DNA of 6,375 bases from the IMG/VR virus record IMGVR_UViG_2728369593_000005, positions 1-6,375 of that record; one strand, written 5' to 3'. Positions 1-4,898 of this stretch are shown here, piece by piece. The translations under genes were made by a program, and so were the position numbers. The notes below the pieces were generated by a model. The model ran no database searches. It was given only the letters and a program-made list of their open reading frames with translations, and was not told the origin of the DNA. Source of the stretch: a virus. Its lineage: Duplodnaviria; Heunggongvirae; Uroviricota; Caudoviricetes. Each line of letters opens with the position of its first letter. Positions within the stretch are counted from its first letter, which is position 1.

Positions 1-2
1 TG

Positions 3-122
3 GTGATTTCTGATAACCAGATTTACCGTGAATGGGGAATTACTAGCGAAAACGAACACCGATTCATGGTCTTTGGAAAGGTCTTAATCAGTCAGTCGCA
101 AACCCTTAAGAGACATAATTAA
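3..122 (+). CDS. 3' end (39 codons plus stop) of an upstream prophage gene, product unknown; 5' part outside window
   Basis: Only frame 3 is open from the window edge (frames 1 and 2 hit stops within 12 nt). Translation ...VISDNQIYREWGITSENEHRFMVFGKVLISQSQTLKRHN*, stop TAA at 120-122, followed 20 nt later by a textbook intrinsic terminator. Confidence 0.45.
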   Translation: MISDNQIYREWGITSENEHRFMVFGKVLISQSQTLKRHN

Positions 123-140
123 CCTCAATATCCTTCCATC

Positions 141-162
141 GGCCACCGAAAGGTGGCTTTTT
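141..162 (+). terminator. Rho-independent terminator (GCCACC / GAAA loop / GGTGGC followed by T5)
   Basis: 6-bp GC stem 142-147/152-157 with a GAAA tetraloop, immediately followed by TTTTT at 158-162, directly downstream of the stop at 120-122. Confidence 0.75.
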
Positions 163-175
163 ATTACCTATCAAT

Positions 176-226
176 TTGCATATCCCGCAAATATCACTTG
201 CATATCTCGCAATTTAATTTTATCTT
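176..226. promoter_or_regulatory. Two operator-like imperfect palindromes TTGCATATC(C/T)CGCAA 22 bp apart, overlapping a candidate sigma70 promoter
   Basis: TTGCATATCCCGCAA at 176-190 and TTGCATATCTCGCAA at 198-212, each of the form TTGC-N7-GCAA, with a centre-to-centre spacing of 22 bp (about two helical turns). The second site coincides with a -35-like TTGCAT (198-203), a 17-bp spacer and a -10-like TATCTT (221-226). Confidence 0.4.
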
Positions 227-397
227 TTGTTCCAGACCAACTACAGGATTACAACAAAATCTGGTTGCAACACGGTGCATGTGTCGTAAGCAGTCAGTAA
301 ATGTCAAAAACGAACAGGCAGGACGCCCACGAAGTAGCCGCCGGTGGCGTATGAATGACCGGATGATTCGTTAAATACTATGTGTAAGAGAGCGCAA

Positions 398-600
398 ATG
401 AACCGTTATTTCACATGCTCGTTTTGTGGCGCAAACGAGCTGCAGGCAAAAAAATCATCGCCAAAGGCGGAAAAGATGAAGTTGCTATCTGCTCTGAGTG
501 CGTAGTCTTGTGTGTCGGGGCATTAATCAATATCAGCACAACTATTCGGTTCACACCAAATGAGAATGCGCCTTTAGATGCGCGGAAATCTGGAGGTTAA
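398..600 (+). CDS. Small ClpX-type C4 zinc-finger protein (about 67 aa if read through); reading frame interrupted by a -1 shift at an A7 tract (448-454), so either a pseudogene, a programmed frameshift or a sequence error
   Basis: ATG at 398 gives MNRYFTCSFCGANELQAKK and then runs out of frame to a stop at 503-505. The -1 frame (supplied ORF 415..600) continues ...KKIIAKGGKDEVAICSECVVLCVGAL.... Joined at the A run, the product has CSFCG...KIIAG...ICxECVxLC, which closely mirrors the ClpX N-terminal zinc-binding motif (CSFCGK...KLIAGP...YICDECVDLC) as I remember it. Neither half alone has all four Cys ligands. Confidence 0.6.
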
Positions 601-689
601 AGAACAAAATGAAAGTCCAGATTTTAAACAATAACTGTGAAGTCGTTTGGGCGTAAAACATGACCGCGCGTAGACCAAGGGAGGAAAAA

Positions 690-866
690 GTGGGAATAGT
701 TAGAAATCAAGCAGATATATTGAAAATCAGCTCTGAATTGCTTGGAGTTTTGAAAAGTGAGCTCACCGCACATGGCATCGAGCCCACTGACGAAAATTTA
801 AGTTGGGTTTTGTCGATTATTCAACAATCACTCAAGCCCAGCCTCAGCAAACTTTTTATCGAGTAG
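690..866 (+). CDS. Hypothetical small prophage protein (58 aa from GTG 690; alternative ATG at 660 gives 68 aa)
   Basis: Strong Shine-Dalgarno AAGGGAGG at 676-683, 6 nt before GTG 690. Product VGIVRNQADILKISSELLGVLKSELTAHGIEPTDENLSWVLSIIQQSLKPSLSKLFIE. Same orientation as the rest of the prophage operon. No homology recognised. Confidence 0.4.
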   Translation: MGIVRNQADILKISSELLGVLKSELTAHGIEPTDENLSWVLSIIQQSLKPSLSKLFIE

Positions 867-1019
867 TGCTTCGAACTTATCGTAAAGCTTGCTTATGTCG
901 TCTATCGGGTTTTCTGACGTACTGTAATTTTTATCTGATGTCATGGCAGCAGTCTGATATGCAGTGTGAGTCTTAACCGATAGTTGGAATAAATAAAGAA
1001 TTTTTTCTTCTTTGGTCAT
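828..1019 (-). CDS. Hypothetical small protein (63 aa), antisense to the surrounding operon and overlapping the 3' end of the 690..866 ORF by 39 nt
   Basis: Internal ATG (complement of 1017-1019) preceded by AAGGA with a 7-nt spacer; the supplied ORF 828..1061 has no Shine-Dalgarno at its first ATG. Product MTKEEKILYLFQLSVKTHTAYQTAAMTSDKNYSTSENPIDDISKLYDKFEALLDKKFAEAGLE. AT-rich segment. Confidence 0.35.
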   Translation of the reverse strand: MTKEEKILYLFQLSVKTHTAYQTAAMTSDKNYSTSENPIDDISKLYDKFEALLDKKFAEAGLE

Positions 1020-1099
1020 AACTATTTCCTTCTTGGCTATATGAAAACACCAAGATACCACCGAGCCTGAAGTGGTGAAAAGACAGGCACATAACAGCT

Positions 1100-1440
1100 A
1101 AGTATTTTCAACCAGAGAGAATCCTTAGCGTTGTGGTGAATGCGGCTCAGCGCACGCGGGTTAAGGTTGAGGCTGACAGTCGACCTTCTGTGGATACCCA
1201 CCCGCCTGGTGTGCAACCTTCGCCAGGCACCGGGAGGCACCCGGCACCACAACTTTATGCTGTGTGTAGTCTTGGCGGTACCAGCTTATACCCTTGCTTC
1301 CGGCTGGTACCGTCCTTTTTACAAAACAGAGAAGAGCATCACCGGACGACGGGCTCATAACCCAATCCATCCGGGCGGCAGTCACCGCAGGTGTTCTTCT
1401 CTGTTTTGTGGAGAAACTAACCGACCTTGCAGGGTCGATA
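1100..1440 (+). other. GC-rich, highly self-complementary, apparently non-coding element (candidate structured RNA or DNA site)
   Basis: Abrupt change from the AT-rich 600-1060 segment to a GC-rich one. ORFs are open in several frames on both strands but have Arg/Pro/Cys/His/Trp-rich, non-protein-like composition. Multiple stems are present, including GCCTGG 1203-1208 / CCAGGC 1223-1228, GGCACC three times at 1226-1248, and a perfect 10-bp stem at 1276-1312. Confidence 0.3.
1276..1320 (+). terminator. Strong hairpin (perfect 10-bp stem CGGTACCAGC/GCTGGTACCG, 17-nt loop) followed by T5; possible intrinsic terminator or RNA 3' end
   Basis: Arms at 1276-1285 and 1303-1312 are exact reverse complements; TCC then TTTTT at 1316-1320. 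Confidence 0.4.
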
Positions 1441-1457
1441 TGATGAGGAGCAGCAAA

Positions 1458-1820
1458 ATGGCTAGCGAACGCAGTACTGATGTGCAGGCATTTATCGGGG
1501 AGCTGGACGGCGGCGTATTTGAAACCAAAATCGGCGCAGTTCTCAGTGAAGTCGCTTCCGGTGTGATGAACACGAAAACCAAAGGTAAGGTCTCGCTCAA
1601 CCTGGAAATCGAACCGTTTGATGAGAACCGAGTGAAAATCAAACACAAACTCTCATATGTTCGCCCGACTAACCGCGGGAAAATTTCCGAAGAAGACACC
1701 ACCGAAACGCCGATGTATGTCAATCGCGGTGGTCGCCTGACTATTCTGCAGGAAGAACAGGGACAGTTACTGACTCTTGCCGGTGAACCTGACGGAAAAC
1801 TCCGCGCAGCAGGTCGTTAA
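1458..1820 (+). CDS. yfdP: Uncharacterised prophage protein YfdP (120 aa)
   Basis: GAGGAG Shine-Dalgarno at 1445-1450, 7 nt before ATG 1458. The 120-aa product (MASERSTDVQAFIGELDGG...) matches the size and my recollection of K-12 YfdP. The upstream in-frame extension to 1140 is rejected as coding. Confidence 0.8.
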   Translation: MASERSTDVQAFIGELDGGVFETKIGAVLSEVASGVMNTKTKGKVSLNLEIEPFDENRVKIKHKLSYVRPTNRGKISEEDTTETPMYVNRGGRLTILQEEQGQLLTLAGEPDGKLRAAGR

Positions 1821-1885
1821 TATCGTTTTTAATTAACTGATTATTTATCTCATCACTGAATATCTTTATATAGTGAGGACTTATT

Positions 1886-2710
1886 ATGTCTCAGAACTTA
1901 GACGCAACCGCAATTAATCAAATCCATGCCCTTATTTCTGCTCAGGGTGTTAATGAAATTATCAGTAAGATTGGTGCCGATGCTGTGGCATTGCCTGAGA
2001 ATTTCCGCATTCATGATCTGGAAAAATTTAATTTAAATCGCTTCCGTTTCCGTGGTGCGCTTTCCACTGCCAGCATCGATGACTTTACCCGTTATTCTAA
2101 AGATCTTGCAGATGAAGGCACCCGCTGCTTTATCGATGCTGATAATATGCGTGCCGTCAGTGTGCTTAACCTGGGTACTATTGATGAACCAGGTCACGCA
2201 GATAACACCGCCACACTCAAACTGAAAAAGACAGCACCGTTCTCTGCTCTGTTGTCTGTTAACGGCGAGCGTAACTCCCAGAAGTCACTAGCAGAATGGA
2301 TTGAAGACTGGGCCGACTACCTTGTGGGCTTTGATGCGAATGGTGACGCCATTCAGGCAACAAAAGCGGCTGCGGCAGTCCGTAAAATCACGATTGAAGC
2401 AAACCAGACCGCTGATTTTGAAGATAATGACTTCAGCGGCAAACGCTCCCTGATGGAGTCTGTCGAAGCGAAGACCAAAGACATTATGCCAGTGGCATTT
2501 GAATTTAAATGCGTTCCGTTTGAAGGCCTGAAAGAACGTCCGTTTAAATTACGCCTCAGCATTATCACTGGCGATCGTCCGGTACTGGTTCTGCGCATTA
2601 TTCAGCTGGAGGCGGTGCAGGAAGAAATGGCTAACGAATTTCGTGATCTGCTTGTTGAGAAATTCAAAGACAGCAAAGTAGAAACCTTTATTGGTACTTT
2701 CACCGCCTGA
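1886..2710 (+). CDS. yfdQ: Uncharacterised prophage protein YfdQ (274 aa; I recall this family as DUF2303)
   Basis: 274-aa ORF with GAGGA 6 nt before the ATG; protein-like composition; size and sequence match my recollection of K-12 YfdQ. Confidence 0.85.
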   Translation: MSQNLDATAINQIHALISAQGVNEIISKIGADAVALPENFRIHDLEKFNLNRFRFRGALSTASIDDFTRYSKDLADEGTRCFIDADNMRAVSVLNLGTIDEPGHADNTATLKLKKTAPFSALLSVNGERNSQKSLAEWIEDWADYLVGFDANGDAIQATKAAAAVRKITIEANQTADFEDNDFSGKRSLMESVEAKTKDIMPVAFEFKCVPFEGLKERPFKLRLSIITGDRPVLVLRIIQLEAVQEEMANEFRDLLVEKFKDSKVETFIGTFTA

Positions 2711-2722
2711 TTTCATTACTGC

Positions 2723-2744
2723 AAATGCCCCTGCGGGGGCATTT
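2723..2744 (+). terminator. Hairpin AAATGCCCC-TGCG-GGGGCATTT between yfdQ and yfdR (weak terminator or attenuator; T tract only 3 nt)
   Basis: Perfect 9-bp inverted repeat 2723-2731/2736-2744 with a 4-nt loop, 13 nt after the yfdQ stop. Confidence 0.3.
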
Positions 2745-2838
2745 ATGGAAACATAATTTACTCAATAATCGCCGGATGGTGAGAGATTCCTTTTACCAGA
2801 ATTCAACGCGGTGCAGCGCATATAAAGTGGAGAACAAA

Positions 2839-3375
2839 ATGTCATTTATTAAAACTTTTTCCGGGAAGCATTTTTATTATGACAAGATAAATAAAGACGA
2901 CATCGAGATTAACGATATCGCAGTTTCCCTTTCAAATATCTGTCGCTTTGCAGGACATCTTTCACACTTCTACAGCGTCGCCCAACATGCGGTGCTTTGC
3001 AGCCAGCTGGTGCCGCAGGAATTTGCTTTTGAAGCGTTAATGCATGATGCAACAGAAGCATATTGCCAGGACATTCCCGCACCACTGAAACGACTTCTTC
3101 CTGACTATAAACAAATGGAAGAAAAAATAGACGCCGTAATCCGTGAGAAATACGGGTTACCCCCAGTTATGAGCACGCCAGTGAAATATGCCGATCTCAT
3201 CATGCTGGCAACCGAACGCCGCGATCTCGGGCTTGATGATGGCTCTTTCTGGCCTGTACTGGAAGGCATCCCGGCAACAGAGATGTTCAAAGTGATTCCA
3301 CTGGCACCAGGCCATGCCTACGGGATGTTTATGGAACGCTTTAACGAGTTATCGGAGTTACGCAAATGCGCATGA
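2839..3375 (+). CDS. yfdR: HD-domain 5'-deoxynucleotidase YfdR (178 aa)
   Basis: Product MSFIKTFSGKHFYYDKINKDD...HDATEAYCQDIP... carries HD-type metal-ligand motifs and matches my memory of K-12 YfdR (178 aa). GGAG sits 9 nt before ATG 2839. The supplied ORF start at 2725 lies inside the upstream hairpin and lacks a Shine-Dalgarno. Confidence 0.85.
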   Translation: MSFIKTFSGKHFYYDKINKDDIEINDIAVSLSNICRFAGHLSHFYSVAQHAVLCSQLVPQEFAFEALMHDATEAYCQDIPAPLKRLLPDYKQMEEKIDAVIREKYGLPPVMSTPVKYADLIMLATERRDLGLDDGSFWPVLEGIPATEMFKVIPLAPGHAYGMFMERFNELSELRKCA

Positions 3376-3728
3376 ATGTTTTCGAAATGGAAGGGTTTCT
3401 TCGCGGGAAATGTGTACCGCGAGATCTGAAAGTAAACGAAACAAATGCTGAATACCTAGTACGTAAATTCGATGCGCTTGAAGCTAAATGTACAGCACAG
3501 GAAAACAAAATAATACCAGTGTCAACTGAACTGCCACCAGCAAATGAAAGTGTTCTGTTATTCGATGCTAACGGAGAAGGCTGGCTAATTGGCTGGCGTT
3601 CTCTCTGGTACACCTGGGGACAAAAAGAAACCGGAGAATGGCAGTGGACATTTCAGGTCGGGGACCTTGAAAACGTCAATATCACTCACTGGGCAGTAAT
3701 GCCAAAAGCACCGGAGAATAAGAAATGA
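3366..3728 (+). CDS. yfdS: DUF551-family prophage protein YfdS (120 aa)
   Basis: C-terminal ...THWAVMPKAPE is the signature end of the DUF551 family as I recall it. The start overlaps the yfdR stop within ATGCGCATGA. Size matches K-12 YfdS. Confidence 0.8.
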   Translation: MRMNVFEMEGFLRGKCVPRDLKVNETNAEYLVRKFDALEAKCTAQENKIIPVSTELPPANESVLLFDANGEGWLIGWRSLWYTWGQKETGEWQWTFQVGDLENVNITHWAVMPKAPENKK

Positions 3729-4039
3729 GCATAATGACCACTTTTACCGACAAAGAACTGATTAAAGAAATTAAAGAGCGTATCAGCAGCCTTGACGTGC
3801 GAGACGATATTGAGCGCCGTGCTTATGAAATCGCACTCCTATCTCTGGAAGTAGAACCAGATGAACGCGAAGCTTATGAATTATTCATGGAAAAGCGTTT
3901 CGGTGACTTAGTAGATCGTCGGAGAGCAAAAAACGGCGATAACGAATACATGGCATGGGATATGACTCTCGGTTGGATCGTCTGGCAGCAACGAGCTGGT
4001 ATCCATTTTTCAACAATGTCACAACAAGAGGTGAAATAA
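3725..4039 (+). CDS. yfdT: Uncharacterised prophage protein YfdT (104 aa; alternative start at 3734 gives 101 aa)
   Basis: ATG overlaps the yfdS stop (ATGA at 3725-3728), suggesting translational coupling. Acidic, protein-like composition; size consistent with K-12 YfdT (101 aa). Confidence 0.75.
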   Translation: MSIMTTFTDKELIKEIKERISSLDVRDDIERRAYEIALLSLEVEPDEREAYELFMEKRFGDLVDRRRAKNGDNEYMAWDMTLGWIVWQQRAGIHFSTMSQQEVK

Positions 4040-4135
4040 TAGAGCCATACAGCCTCACACTCGATGAGGCCTGTCAGTTTCTTAAAATATCCTGATCTAC
4101 CATCGCCGTCATAGAGCGTATTTTTATTACCTGAT

Positions 4136-4151
4136 TTGCAGGTTCGATTCC
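4136..4151. other. tRNA T-arm-like fragment (TTGCAGGTTCGATTCC) upstream of torI; not a complete tRNA
   Basis: Contains the canonical T-loop motif GGTTCGATTCC preceded by GCAGG, but the complementary T-stem 3' strand CCTGC does not follow (sequence continues CTATTCGG). The matching 3' half is found about 290 bp downstream at 4445-4459. Confidence 0.5.
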
Positions 4152-4170
4152 CTATTCGGAGATAGCACTC

Positions 4171-4371
4171 ATGCAACACGAACTACAGCCTGATTCACTG
4201 GTTGATTTGAAATTCATCATGGCTGATACTGGCTTCGGTAAGACCTTCATCTATGACCGGATTAAGTCCGGCGACCTGCCTAAAGCCAAAGTTATCCACG
4301 GACGAGCAAGATGGTTATATCGTGACCATTGTGAATTCAAAAATAAGCTCTTAAGCCGCGCCAATGGGTAA
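4171..4371 (+). CDS. torI: TorI: prophage excisionase (recombination directionality factor) and inhibitor of the TorR response regulator
   Basis: The 66-aa product MQHELQPDSLVDLKFIMADTGFGKTFIYDRIKSGDLPKAKVIHGRARWLYRDHCEFKNKLLSRANG matches my recollection of TorI and has the AlpA/Xis-type helix-turn-helix pattern. GGAG 9 nt before the ATG. Sits immediately inside attR, as expected for an excisionase. Confidence 0.88.
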   Translation: MQHELQPDSLVDLKFIMADTGFGKTFIYDRIKSGDLPKAKVIHGRARWLYRDHCEFKNKLLSRANG

Positions 4372-4420
4372 AATAGCGGGTAAAATATTTTTCACATCTA
4401 AAAAACACCATTCCAATCAA

Positions 4421-4459
4421 TCCCCTGCAACCTCAAGTAGATGTCTGCAGGGGACACCA
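4421..4459. other. Prophage attR: tRNA 3'-end core (CTGCAGGGGACACCA, 4445-4459) with a flanking 9-bp inverted repeat
   Basis: 4445-4459 is the T-stem 3' strand, acceptor 3' strand, discriminator and CCA of a tRNA, and is consistent with my recollection of the argW 3' end. TCCCCTGCA at 4421-4429 is the exact reverse complement of TGCAGGGGA at 4446-4454, as expected for integrase core-type sites around a crossover region. Confidence 0.6.
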
Positions 4460-4845
4460 GATACCCTTCAAACGATATCTACCTTCACCCCGTAAAAGAT
4501 AAGTTAGGCAGCACATTTGCCCTATCTACTCATTTTTCCTGCAACAGGTTGAAATCTCAACACGGTCAGAAAACGCTGATGACTAAACAGCCCTGGGCCG
4601 GGCGATGTAACCATCACACACAATCCTGATCGCGAAATATGGCGTGACTTGATACTTCACTCCACAATGCTTTCCTTGATGAATTCGCAGGCCCGTGATA
4701 CACGGGACAGGTCGCTGAATTACGACAATGCCCTGGAAATCAGCGAGCCGTGTATCCGGAGTACATTTGAGCGACTGTACCAGAACATGAATGAGGCGTT
4801 TGGATTAGGCGATTATTAGCAGGGCTAAGCATTTTGGTATTATTA

Positions 4846-4889
4846 TTTTCCGGTTGAGGGATATAGAGCTATCGACAACAACCGGAAAA
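4846..4889. terminator. Perfect 11-bp inverted repeat (TTTTCCGGTTG / CAACCGGAAAA, 22-nt loop) 10 nt downstream of the cscB stop; candidate cscB terminator
   Basis: Arms at 4846-4856 and 4879-4889 are exact reverse complements. The T/A runs are part of the stem rather than a free 3' U tract, so terminator function is uncertain. Confidence 0.35.
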
Positions 4890-4898
4890 AGTTTACGT

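Larger units (their letters stand above)
1..4459. mobile_element. Right arm of an integrated KplE1/CPS-53-like cryptic prophage (tRNA-Arg argW-associated), ending at attR
   Basis: Continuous + strand gene series recognised from memory as yfdP-yfdQ-yfdR-yfdS-yfdT-torI of E. coli K-12 prophage CPS-53/KplE1. It is followed at 4445-4459 by CTGCAGGGGACACCA, which is the T-stem 3' strand, acceptor 3' strand and CCA of a tRNA. The left boundary lies outside the window. Confidence 0.75.

Noticed and set aside
153-374. Supplied 73-aa + strand ORF
   Set aside because: It starts inside the terminator hairpin, runs across the operator/promoter repeats, has no Shine-Dalgarno, and has Cys/Arg-rich low-complexity composition. 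Most likely non-coding.
1140-1457. In-frame upstream extension of yfdP (226-aa ORF) and the overlapping ORFs 1133..1360 (+), 1037..1252 (-) and 1161..1646 (-)
   Set aside because: Arg/Pro/His/Cys/Trp-rich composition typical of GC-rich non-coding sequence; the extension contains a strong hairpin plus T-run; a GAGGAG Shine-Dalgarno sits right before the internal ATG at 1458, giving the expected 120-aa YfdP. The - strand ORFs overlap yfdP antisense.
1382-1723. 113-aa - strand ORF
   Set aside because: Antisense within yfdP and the GC-rich element; no start context; shadow ORF.
2353-2598. 81-aa - strand ORF inside yfdQ
   Set aside because: Antisense shadow ORF of a well-supported gene; Arg/Ser-rich composition.
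2725-2838. Upstream start for yfdR (216-aa version)
   Set aside because: The ATG lies within the yfdQ-proximal hairpin with no ribosome-binding site, whereas ATG 2839 has GGAG at the right spacing and gives the expected 178-aa protein.
3105-3613. - strand ORFs 3105..3290 and 3341..3613
   Set aside because: Antisense to yfdR and yfdS; low-complexity Ser/Arg-rich translations.
4136-4151. Possible intact tRNA gene upstream of torI
   Set aside because: Only the T-loop motif and one T-stem strand are present; no complementary T-stem strand, anticodon arm or acceptor pairing can be drawn. It is a fragment, not a gene.
3874-4179. 101-aa - strand ORF
   Set aside because: Antisense to yfdT and spanning the torI promoter region; no ribosome-binding site; Cys-rich unlikely composition.
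4441-4629. 62-aa + strand ORF
   Set aside because: It begins inside the attR tRNA-derived core, has no ribosome-binding site, and is His/Cys/Gln-rich. Intergenic junction sequence.
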